From: Tubiluchus corallicola
Lineage: Eukaryota > Animalia > Priapulida
Assembly (NCBI GenBank): GCA_030141605.1
Contig: JAQGDQ010000108.1
Location: 248,001-312,000, forward strand
DNA length: 64,000 nucleotides
Direction of reading: 5' to 3'
The position numbers and the translations under genes are program-made. Within the stretch, counting starts at the first letter, position 1. Each line of letters begins with the position of its first letter. The notes below the pieces were generated by a model. The model was not told the DNA's origin. It saw nothing but the letters and a program-made list of their open reading frames with translations, and did no database searches. Positions 53,293-64,000 of the stretch are shown in pieces.

Positions 53293-54904
53293 ACAGCCGA
53301 CCATTAATTAAATGGCTGCAACAGTCATCATTAAATTTGTCGGGGTTCTACGGTTATACATAAAACACGGGCATAAATGAAAGATGTCAGATTTACGTTA
53401 GGTTATTCTGAACTGTAGGAGGAATATGCTTCACTTGCAACCATAATTTAGGTGAAATATATATTAGTATTGTTTGACACAGTATTATACAGACGACATC
53501 CCTCTTGGAAGTTTTGATAGGATTAATTATGCTACGGTTAATTATACCAGTTTGTTACAAAAATGGTTACAAATTTTGGGTGAAGTGTCGTACATAAAAT
53601 GGTTGTCTGTAAATAATCGACTATCGCGTGTTAGTTTGTCAGTTCTGATCAATTCTTGTGATTTTGTTTCACAGCTCGTTTTTTTGCCCAAGTTAGTCTT
53701 AGTTAACGAATGTGTACCCAATAAGCGCATCCGTTTAAATACAATGAAGGCCTGGCGGTTCTGATTTCAGAAATTCACATTTAAAAGATACTATTTAGAT
53801 TTTGCTTGTGCAAATGAAGGGGATTTAATGAGGCCAAACACGAAAAAATATGAACTTTTTCGCTTTGATTTCAAAATTTTTTTTTATTAAGTTGAAGAAT
53901 AATTCATAACCGACTGTTAGCAGTGCGAAAGAAGTAGGTATTTATCTTCAAAGTGATTTGAAGTAGGAAAAGACGTTAATCATATAATTACTAAAATTCC
54001 AACAAATTTCTATTCAAAACATTTTAACGATGCGATGTTACGATGACACTGACCTGTTACCAAGCAGCAGTCGTCCGAAATCGAAACAGGTACGTTGTAC
54101 AGTGCTGGGCACGTAAAAGACCACAGGTGCTATTTTTAATTACGCGAATTACAATGCACACACTGAACCTTGGTTTGTTTTCTAACGCCATACAAAGCTA
54201 TCATTAAATTTCACAAACAATATAAAATACTAGTTGCTTCTTACGTATTGCGCAATTATAAATCATTTATGAAGTTTTAATTAAAGTGTAAAATAGGCAC
54301 ATTCTTCAATATTGGTAATTATGAAATTAGCAGATTAGTAGCGGAAATAAAGCTAGATTCTAGTCAGCTGTTTAACCACGTGACTTGCTCTTCCACATTA
54401 CTGGCAATATCGTTTTATGTTTATTTACCACATACTACAACAGTTAGTCGATCGTCTCCGTACTCGTACAGATCGGTTTTCAAATACTTTTTAGGAACAA
54501 ATTATGGTTGAAAACAGAGGTACTACTGTATTTAAGTTAATAGTAATAGATTTTGGACTTCATTAGGAGTAGTATTAATAATATGTAACACACTTCTGTT
54601 TTATAAAAAAAATAGTGTTAATAATACATGTACATACCAGCTTGAAAACATTGGCTTTGTCAATTATCAATGTACGTGTTATTGCGCGGCCGGGCTACCC
54701 AAACTATTATTTTTGTCACACCGATTTCGAAACTTTCCACCAAGTTTTACTGATAGAGCAGGATTAGACAATTTGTCTGATAAGATTTCGGAATAAATCT
54801 GCTTATTTTCGGAGCAATTGTAATCACTTCTATTTTCATTGAAATGTATATATGATGTTTCTTATATTTATTCAGCTTACGATCTTTTTGGTGTTTTCCT
54901 TTAA

Positions 54905-55092
54905 ACTTCAGGTTATTATGCGCTTTAGGGTCTTACATTATTCCCCCAAACCACGGGGTTAGTTTTATTATCACATTATCAGTTAATCTCCTTATATTAT
55001 CGTTTAATTATCATACGTTAATAAATTTATTACAATATGTGTTATTTTTTCGCATTACAATATCGGGGTTTTATTACATTATCACTTGTAAC
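54905..55092. repeat. Degenerate TTATTACATTATC-type tandem units (foldback arm relic)
   Basis: Multiple ttattaca(t/a)tat(c/g) copies. Confidence 0.5.
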
Positions 55093-55269
55093 AAGCCCCA
55101 ATGGCTCTATTCGTGTGGTACATAAAAACTAATACATATACATTCAAATCGTTCACTTTGTTTTCTCAAATCATTCTGCGTGCCTTTTGGCGTACTCATT
55201 TACGTAAGCAGTACGTGCACTAATAGACAGTAGCCGTCGCAGCGTTTTATGTATTTTTATAGGTTGCCG

Positions 55270-55790
55270 CATCATCAACATCGCTGGCACTACAGTCATA
55301 CTAAATCACTTAAAATTGCTTCAACAAATCACCATAAACAGTGAATCGCACACATTTATGATGAGAAAGTGTACTGTGCACAGCAACACAACTTACTAAA
55401 GGAAAGAGTTTTGAACAGTAATTCTACCAAACGTTAAACAAGAAATTTAACCCGGACTTGAAAACCCCAAACATAACAGAGAATACTATAGAAAAATACC
55501 GCATGGCTTTCTCTCGACTAAGGCTACAAGCACATCACAGGAGAATTGAGACCGGTAGATGGGACGGTGAACAGAGAAACCAAAGACTAGGAGATGCGGA
55601 GAGATACAAACAGAAAAATATGTATTAACGAACTGCAACTTAACTGCTGAAATTAGAAGGAAATATCCTAGTGTGAACTTTTCCGCATTGTCTAATATTA
55701 TGAAGAGCAACTATGCATTTCAAATTTGCTCTCAAGTGCTACAAACTTTTCAAAACTAACAGTGGTTTATTGATGTTTACTAGTCGCTTA
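55270..55790 (+). mobile_element. Decayed 3' end of a non-LTR retrotransposon (CR1/L2-group-like) in intron 1
   Basis: IEKYRMAFSRLRLQAHHRRIETGRWDGEQRNQRL, then a frameshift to CGEIQTEKYVLTNC. This is the RLxxHxLxIETGRW plus CCHC-like C-terminal signature of LINE ORF2. Confidence 0.8.
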
Positions 55791-56112
55791 AAATGTCAAA
55801 CTAAAATGTATAACCGCTTTTTCAATGATATAAAGTTGGTACAACTGTTTTATTTTATATGCTAATATGATCCACCTGTGATAGATTCTTGAAAAGAATA
55901 ATGAGTGGACTGTAAATTTTATTATTTTCTGCTACCCCAGTTTTTGTATTAATCATTGTATTTATAGTCAATATCCTATACTACTACTATGGACTGCGTT
56001 TACAAAGATAGAATTTAAAATCATAAGTACAAGCGACAAATTTAACTAAATCGTTTTAAGAATAACCTCGTGTATAAGCAGTTTGAACATTCTATTTTAT
56101 ATGAAACCTAGA

Positions 56113-56181
56113 GCACTTTTGTGCGAGTGCTGGGTACGAGAAGGCACTTTTGTGCGAGGCTGGGTACGCGAAGGCACTTTT
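56113..56181. repeat. ~30-bp tandem duplication
   Basis: gcacttttgtgcgag(t)gctgggtacg(a/c)gaag twice, plus a partial copy. Confidence 0.85.
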
Positions 56182-56835
56182 TGCCGTCTTACCGCTCCGG
56201 TTACTTATTAATCTGCAGGTGGAAGATGACTTCCACGTACGAGTATTATTATTATTTATTATAGAGCTTACACAAAGAACTTATGTCATTGATTTGACGC
56301 TGTTAGGGCAGGTGGACAGTAATGATGACAGAACAAGGTCGTTACTTTCGTGTGTCATAACCATAATTCACGTGCAGAAATGATAATAGTGGTCAACGTG
56401 AAACTATTCTCTTAGTAACGTCAGCACTTTATTTTCAAATTACCGAATAAAAAACCTTCGGCGCAGAGATGAAAATGGCAACAGCAAGTTAATTTGGTTT
56501 TTCATAAATTGACATACCCAAAAAACTAAATAGCTGTAAACGTTTTCAATAGCCACGTGCGCCACACTTGCCACTTCATTTGCCAAATAAATGCATAATG
56601 CGCTATGTACGCAAAAGCTATGCCTATTTTTAGCATGTTATCTTCAACAGGTAATTGTTTTCTGCATGCATGCTGTACTTTCTGACATTGGTGATGGATC
56701 TGGCGGCTGTGACTGTTGTACCCGTTGTTGCTGTTGTCATGGCACTGTTGCTGCCCCTACCATCACCACTGTCGTTGTTGTTGCTGCTGCTGCTGATAAT
56801 AATGATGATGACAGTGATGTTGCTGTTTTTTGCAG

Positions 56836-57289
56836 ATAAAGCAGACAGAGCACTTCAGTATGTAGAATACGTTCGCAACAAACCTTGCTCTGGTGGTGGG
56901 ACATCACAGATCTTACAAGTTCGTTTCAACTACAGTATCTGGAATGAGTTGGCTGGAATTGCCGTACGATCGGCCAACTTTTTCACTAAACTTTGGTTGC
57001 ACTACAACGGTACGCCACCGTACTTAGACGACACTGCCCTGTTCTCGATGTCGCGGGCAAATATTGAATCAAATGAGCGCGCTTTCGGGTGCATGGTGGC
57101 ATTTGGCGAATATCAATACAAGGACTATCGACAATTCTGTTCGTACGCTTACAAGAAATATAATCGTATTAACGTCCACGACATTTCTGTAAACTACAAG
57201 TTTCTGGAAAGTAAAAGTACGGAATGGTGGAATGTGCCAAACTCAAGAAAATACGTCCTGCGCGAATGGGACGTGTACTTAAGACCACG
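56836..57289 (+). CDS. GPR158-like: GPR158/179-like GPCR, coding exon 2 (helical stalk and start of Cache domain)
   Basis: Acceptor tttttgcag|AT, donor CG|GTAAGT. Encodes AVRSANFFTKLW, LFSMSRANIESNERAFGCMVAF, FCSYAYK and YKF...TEWW. Confidence 0.92.
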
Positions 57290-57450
57290 GTAAGTTTTGT
57301 TTTCTCATATTATCAACAGTTACTCAGTATTATTCACTCAATAATCATTTCTAGATTTTCAATGATCACAAAAAATGACGATTTCAAATTTGCAGTTATA
57401 ATGCTTATAAAAAACTATCCAGGTTTTAGGAGTCGCTTCATCTCTTCCAG

Positions 57451-57630
57451 TTACAATAGTTCTGGCAACATGCACGGCAAACCTCAAGTATTCAAGGAGC
57501 CATATGCAACAATTGATGACGGACATTGGACAAATCCATATTTCGATTGTGGTGGAGGTGATATCTGGATGGTAACTTATTCAGCGCCCATATTTTCATA
57601 TGACTATGAAAACAATGAGACATTGTTTAG
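57451..57630 (+). CDS. GPR158-like: GPR158/179-like GPCR, coding exon 3
   Basis: ttccag|T ... AG|GTGAGT, phase 2-2. Contains the family motif GHWTNPYFDCGGGDIWMVTYSAPIF. Confidence 0.95.
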
Positions 57631-57706
57631 GTGAGTAAAAAATCTCTACTTTTTGTCGGTTCTCTTTAGTTCTGCCATCCATGTTGCCAAATTGATGCTT
57701 GTACCA

Positions 57707-57775
57707 TGTTGATGATGATAATGATGATGATGATGATGATGATGATGACGATGATGATGATGTTGATGATGATGA

Positions 57776-57809
<34 letters not shown>

Positions 57810-57810
57810 A

Positions 57811-57855
<45 letters not shown>

Positions 57856-57934
57856 GCGATGACGATGACGATGGTGATGATGATGATGATGACGACCACA
57901 ATGACGACCACGACGACGACGACGATAACGATAG

Positions 57935-57968
<34 letters not shown>
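57707..57968. repeat. (GAT/GAC)n intronic microsatellite
   Basis: Read directly; explains the poly-D, poly-M and poly-S ORFs. Confidence 0.97.
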
Positions 57969-58027
57969 ACTAATACTAAAAGCAATAACAATACTTGTCT
58001 CTTACACTGTAATATTCGACGTAATAG

Positions 58028-58154
58028 TGGTATTGTTGGAATGGACATTGATTTGAGTCATATCGACATCGATCAATGTGATCATGAAGATGATGAACCA
58101 GAGAGCACACTAAATATCTTCTATGGAACACACAAGTGCAGACCTACTACAGAG
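58028..58154 (+). CDS. GPR158-like: GPR158/179-like GPCR, coding exon 4
   Basis: Weak acceptor aatag|T, donor GAG|GTAACG. Encodes GIVGMDIDLSHIDIDQC...FYGTHKCRPTTE. Confidence 0.92.
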
Positions 58155-59209
58155 GTAACGTTGTTGTAGTCGATCGTAATCGAATTCTTGCTGCTGGAGT
58201 CTGAGCTCCAGTCCAACTTCGAGACCGTGTCCTGTATACCCATGCCGACTCCGATTCGGGTCCTCAACACCGAGTTCAAGTGCGAATTATTTACTTATTT
58301 CATAAGAAAACATAACCGAAGGTAACTTATTGTGAAACACAATTCCAACTAGATCTTGAGTTAAAGACACAGCAGTGTGAGAAACACCTATAATTAATTT
58401 CATAGTTGGAATTTTATTAAATTCATCACAAATGAGAAATTATGATGATAGCGGTGTCCATGGCGATTTTACGAAAGAGAAGACCCAGCAAATGGCATGT
58501 AACTAAAGGGTCTGTGTTAGTAATGTAGCCCGCAAACTCACTTGTATTCGGGGATTTTAGAATTTAGGAATTTTTCTGCTCTTAGAGGCCACTTGAAAAA
58601 AAATCTGCTGTTAGATTACCAATTAAAAAATGGCAAGTCAGTTAAAAGCTGTTTTAAGTTTGGCCTGTACAATCAGACCATAAAAATCGATGTTATTCTT
58701 CTATGGATTTTAAGCTATGAATATACGCGCCGTATTTTATAATTACTCGCAAGCCAAAAAAGAGCTCAACAGAAACTTTTATTTTAATTTTTGTACATGT
58801 ATTTGCACTTAATTGTATGAACTCAACCCTGTATCAAAGCTTGTACACATCACAAGCAGTGTTTTTCATTAAAATGATAATCATTTAGGAACACCGCAAT
58901 TACAAGCAAGGTGCACAATTACGTCGCTAAATATAGCAAGCTAAAATATCCGAAGTTGTGCCGAAGGATGTATTATTTAATGAACTTAAAATAATGTTTA
59001 ATTATCAGTTGTTTTGTCCTGTACTTTCGAGTTATCCTTGGCATTCGTGTTCGAGATACAGATTTTAACAAACTGGACATGATGCTGAGTCCAGCTCGAA
59101 TGGTGCTCCATTAATGCCTTTACTTAGTGCTTTTCCTGTCATTCCAAAACTGAACGTGATTACACGTAATATCCTTCCTGACTCCCACTGTTTAATTAAT
59201 TAATAGCAA

Positions 59210-59210
59210 C

Positions 59211-59241
<31 letters not shown>

Positions 59242-59263
59242 TAATGATAATAATAACAACAAC

Positions 59264-59349
<86 letters not shown>

Positions 59350-59405
59350 TAATAATAACAATAACAACAATAATAACAATAACAACAACAACAGTAGTAA
59401 TAGTA
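59210..59405. repeat. (TAA/CAA)n intronic microsatellite
   Basis: Read directly. Confidence 0.97.
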
Positions 59406-59604
59406 ATATAGTTACAAAACACTCTTAAAGTTTGATTTCTTATATTGAAATGACTTCAAAAGTCCATTGAAATCCGGTATATCGTGGCAAACTTAATTTG
59501 TTGCTGAGCGATTTAACCAAATTAGCAAATCAAAATGAAATAACGTCAGAAACTAGCTAACGATTTTATTTCATTAATTCGTTGCGAAATATTAACTATT
59601 CCAG

Positions 59605-59943
59605 TGTAAAAAAGTTCACGGATTGGGCTTTGTGAGAGGAGCATACGTTTGTGCGTGTCGGGATGGATACCATTTTCCTGACATTCATACGGACCAGAAA
59701 ACATTTCCAGGCAAAGATGTTGAGCTTGCTTACTATGCTCGGTTAAACAGACGTAGCGGCAGATACATGCACGAGTTTGACTGCGTTCCCTGTCAGGAGG
59801 GGTGCGCAACATGCTTCGACGACTCCCCGTGTCTGGCCTACCGGTCTCCAGCGGTACACATGTTTGTCCTCGTCGTCTGCATTTTGACTGTGGCGATGAT
59901 ACTTGTTTTTGCCGCTTTAACAGCCTACCACAAGGATGTAAAG
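59605..59943 (+). CDS. GPR158-like: GPR158/179-like GPCR, coding exon 5 (EGF-like/Cys-rich domain and TM1)
   Basis: ttccag|TGT ... AAG|GTAAAA. Encodes CKKVHGLGFVRGAYVCACRDGY, CVPCQEGCATCFDDSPC and a hydrophobic TM1. Confidence 0.95.
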
Positions 59944-60384
59944 GTAAAACGATTCATCATCTTTGTCGCGCAGTGCATTTCAACATCTTCATTATCATCA
60001 CCCTCAACATAACTTTCTTTATCATTAATCGTTACATCATTTTCGCTACCCCAGCAATTACTGATTCTGTAATCAGGTATACAGCATCCAGAATCTACAA
60101 TTCAGCTTATTTGGTTCACCCTAAGTTCTCTACCACAATTTCACAACCTTAATAACATTTTCGACATTTTATAAAGCCTTATTGGCTTTGGGTGCAACCT
60201 TTCAAAAGTTTACAACCTATCAAGGCGCTGCCTTTGTGAAGTTATCGAATAATTGATATATTTCTGTGTTGATATGGCTGAATGAATTATTGAGTTACAT
60301 TAACTTCGATGACTGTGCAAACTTTCTGTAATAATTGCATAGTTAAATTACTTTGCCTGTATTTAGTAGACAGTGTTTAGTGTT

Positions 60385-61441
60385 CGTGGTTCGGGACGCG
60401 ATCGAGGTTGGTGTGGGGATAGTTCGGGAACCGGGTTCGGGACACTAATAAAGTTCGAGGTCGGGATTTTTGTTGTTCGCCATGAAATGGCCGAGATCGG
60501 GGCCAAAGGTTCGTGGTCGGGGTTCTTAACCCCGTACGTAATCATCAGTAAACGCGATAAGAAAATAATGAAATTATGTCGTTCTCCCTCTCACTTCCTC
60601 TCACTACTAATATTTCCACAATTGCGATATGATTTTCACATAGGGACTAAGTTTAGATGGTTTCGTCTACAGTAGGCTGCAGCTAGGCCTATTTCATTTT
60701 ACTAAATAAACATAATGCACTAACGATAGTCTCCCTGATATAAAGTTAAAGTAATTACTGCTAGAAATAATTATGTATGTGCATACTGAGTTAAAATTTG
60801 ACTAAGAGGCATTGTCAAGCAGTGTTGCTTGGGCGGATTTTAGATGGGAAAGTTATTTTAAAAGTTTAAAATGTTTGTAAATTAGCGTTTCTTGCATGTA
60901 CAACTTCGTAAACAGTTCAATAAGCCATTTATTTACAGCGCCAGAAGCCTGTGTTTTGAAGTTAATATTTTCTGTTTTGATGCAGTGCGTAGAAAAGGCT
61001 CTGGGTTTAGATGTAGATTCGTAAACAGCAACAAGCAGCAATTTTCCATATTATTATTTCAACATTATAGGCAAATTACACCCACTGTGGTCACAAGAAT
61101 AAATTAGTCACATTCACATTCGGACGGCTGAATGCAGTTTCTCTGTATGTGCCACGATATAGTGTATCATGCTTTTACTTTAACTTATCTGCAAGACAAT
61201 TTAAAAAATAACGAAACCTTGGCAATCAAACATTGCAGCTACAGTTAATAAAGCAGCAATAAAAACAATTTACCACGTTGTTTTTCAGTTATTACAAACT
61301 TTTAAACTTCGGGTTGGGAATGGAAAAGAAGTATGGGAACCAACAGGACGGGACTGAATCTTCGGGATTTCAGAAAAGTTCGGGATTCGGGATTCGGGTT
61401 CGGGGGTCGGGATCCTGGTAACCTCGATCTCGTACACCTCT
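60385..61441. mobile_element. hAT-like MITE with TTCGGG subterminal repeats, in intron 5
   Basis: acgcgatcgaggtt (60396-60409) is inverted to aacctcgatctcgt (61420-61433); clusters of ttcggg at both ends. Confidence 0.65.
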
Positions 61442-61483
61442 TGCGTTTAGCTGTTTTTTTGTAAATAATTTTTTTTTGTTTAG

Positions 61484-61552
61484 GTAATAAAAGGCTCCAG
61501 TCCATGGTTTCTCTACGTCATGTGTTTTGGGGCTTTTCTTCAATCATCTCAG
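61484..61552 (+). CDS. GPR158-like: GPR158/179-like GPCR, coding exon 6 (ICL1 and TM2)
   Basis: tttttttgtttag|GTA ... CAG|GTATAT, 69 nt, phase 0-0. VIKGSSPWFLYVMCFGAFLQSSQ carries the class C IKxSSP motif. Confidence 0.92.
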
Positions 61553-62929
61553 GTATATTATCGTACATAAACAGCACCTATTGTAGTTTTTCTTCACTGA
61601 ACTTTTTACACTCAAATGAAAAGGTGATGTTACCTTAATAGGACTATTTTGATCTATTATTCCTCGACTATTTTAAATTATAATTATCTTGACAATATTG
61701 GACGTTTTTGTATTAATATTAAAATTCGCAACTTGATTTCGATTTAAATTTAGATTTAGATATTTTTTGCACTTTAATTAAAATTTCTGTGAGTGGAGCA
61801 GTTGCTGTATACGTTTTACACCTGCTCAACACACAACACATGGTGCAGGTCTCAAGTTTATTTGTTAATACTTTAGTACTATTCGCGTACAAATTTATTT
61901 TAAGTATTCTCAGAACAGAATTACAGACATTATACAGACTTTTCCGTACGCATACGTGACATTGAACTTTCCGAGAATGACACTCCAACGTTTAAATCAA
62001 TCTCTAGGTGTTTCACCTGCGTGCGATGGGAGTTTCATTTTCGAAACTGAAGTTCACAGAAGCGTTAGTTGAAAATTATTAATCTTTAATCTTAGAAAAC
62101 TTTAGTGCCATTGACAACTGAGTGCATTTGAGCAGTAGAATTTCATTTTCGTGCTGTAAATAGTTTTGTATATGTACATATATTTATACACCTATAATGA
62201 CATGTTTCCTATTCGTGCAATATATAGTTATTAGTGTTTCTTCATTGTACTCTCTTTCGTTTTACAAGATAAAGCCTTTTTCCAACAAGTTTTATGTTTA
62301 TTAGATTTAGTACTTTTCCAATTAAGAGTTCATTTGAAGACCTTAATGACGTCGATTTATGTGGGCACATACACGCGTATTAATAATTTGTTTAATCAGT
62401 TCAATCAAGCTATAATCGTGTGAACATAGGTGTAACTTTTGCTTACATAACAAGGCAAATGTACAATAAGTGAGATTTCTCTTCGTTGGAATACCAAGAC
62501 AGGAAAGCGGAACAGTTACTAATTACTTAGACTAGTTATATGTACAGGTTACGTGCTAGCTTCCACGTTAATGAGTTACAGGTGCGCAGCTAGAAGCACA
62601 GATAATCAATATTATCTTACATTGTATTATTACATATTACATATTATCAATATTGTTGCCTATTGTATCTTACATTTCGTATATAAAACGAGGCAGTTAC
62701 AATTGCTTTGAACGGAATTTATGGGTGATTCCAACACTTTTCTATTTTTTCAAAAACACTGACAATCATGAAATTAAATTGGCAGCACTAAAATCCCCCG
62801 GGAGTCGTAATCTGACTGAACCGTTTCTTACTGGCATGGGGCCTGACCCGATCGTAATAGCAGTGGCATCTTAGTTTCATATACAGACTAAATAGAGGAA
62901 ATTCCCAGAAAATGAAATTATAAGAAGCG

Positions 62930-63460
62930 ATTTTGACATCTACTCTAGAATTGTTGGACAGAAGCCATCCATTTCTGTAACTTTCTTTTCAAAAATGGCC
63001 GCCACGCAAATCGAAATTGTGCCGATCATGCAATTTTATTAGCTGTTTCACTTAAAGATCTATTATAAAAACAAAAGATATATTACTTTTATTAATTTGA
63101 CCTTTTTGAATCTAACAAAACTGCTAGATTGCTCGATGGGCTCTAGCATTGTACAAGTTTCATATATTTTATGCAAAATTAGTAAGTTTTTTATCATTCT
63201 GCTAGATTATATATGTCAGGAATCCCGCGACCATTTTGTTTTTTTATTAGACTGTTCAGGTCCCATTGCATACTTTTCGGTGACTAGTAGCAGCTAAGTC
63301 GAATTAATAATTTGCTTTTCGTTTTTGTTACACATCTCTAAGTGAAATCAGCATAATTTCATTTTGTGGCAGCCATTTTGAAAACGGCGGCTATTTTTGA
63401 AGTAAAAGCGAAAGAAATGTATTCCTTAGGCCCAAACACCCTAGAATAGACGTTTCATAA
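62930..63460. mobile_element. Palindromic non-autonomous element with AAAATGGCCGCC-type motifs
   Basis: aaaatggccgccac (about 62993) is inverted to gtggcagccatttt (about 63366); catctactctag is inverted to ctagaatagacg. Confidence 0.55.
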
Positions 63461-63857
63461 TTGCCTCTTGATATTTTCTGGGACTATTTGATTCTTTTGA
63501 TTTATATTGTTTGTCCAAAAATATACGTTGTTGATCATTTAATTTTTTGCGTTTTTTGGCCCTTTTCTGCTAACTTTTGAAACTTGCAACAGTTTTTTTC
63601 CGATTCGTCATAGTCAAATTGACGAGACTTGTTGCCCACTTTCAGAAAAAAGGATTCCACTTTTCTGAATATTTGTCTAGTCTAATACATAAATTACCGC
63701 TGCCACTTACATGCCTCTGTTAAGGTAGTAGTTATCCTAGTAGTACAAAAGAACAACATGCCAATAACATCTTAATTGCTTAATCAGTCATTACGACGAC
63801 TGCTCTGCGTTTGGCTTCAGTAGTTAATTATAGCTAGTCGTTTTTGTTTATCTGCAG

Positions 63858-63967
63858 GTTATCGTAAACTATATGAAGCCAGATTATTACGTCTGTACCA
63901 TAATGCCAGTATTGAAATACACCGGGTTTGCACTGCTGTATGGAGCGCTATTATTAAAGACTTGGAG
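63858..63967 (+). CDS. GPR158-like: GPR158/179-like GPCR, coding exon 7 (ECL1 and TM3); gene continues beyond the window
   Basis: tctgcag|GTT ... AG|GTAATT. VIVNYMKPDYYVCTIMPVLKYTGFALLYGALLLKTWR carries the class C GF..YG.L..KTWR motif. Confidence 0.95.
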
Positions 63968-64000
63968 GTAATTTTCTTAGAATTTGCTTAATGAAAACGT

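Noticed and set aside
57670-57700. Alternative acceptor tctctttag at 57669
   Set aside because: It would give a 39-nt intron and an out-of-frame product with an early stop.

Overview
AT-rich eukaryotic (invertebrate-like metazoan) genomic DNA with many microsatellites and small non-autonomous transposons. I see no prokaryotic-type features and no rRNA, intact tRNA or CRISPR array. Two protein-coding genes are supportable. The first is an intronless minus-strand coiled-coil ORF of the CCDC166/CCDC121 (DUF4515) type at 12477-13382, with a decayed RTE-type LINE ending about 140 bp upstream in the same orientation. The second is the 5' part of a plus-strand GPR158/GPR179/smog-family class C GPCR (Cache domain, EGF-like, TM1-TM3). 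I assembled it by hand from seven phase-consistent GT-AG exons (47768-63967), three of which are absent from the ORF track, and it continues past the window. The rest is intergenic or intronic and contains TIR MITEs (hAT-type with 8-bp TSDs, Tc1/mariner-type with TA TSD, Harbinger-like), foldback elements, Helentron/DINE-1-like elements and LINE relics. The most notable observations are a foldback+HINE composite present in two copies, trinucleotide tracts repeatedly placed just upstream of splice acceptors, uORFs and a microsatellite-derived in-frame hydrophobic leader in the GPCR, and a degenerate hammerhead-like motif. Family assignments come from recalled motifs, not database searches. I found no unambiguous new biological system.
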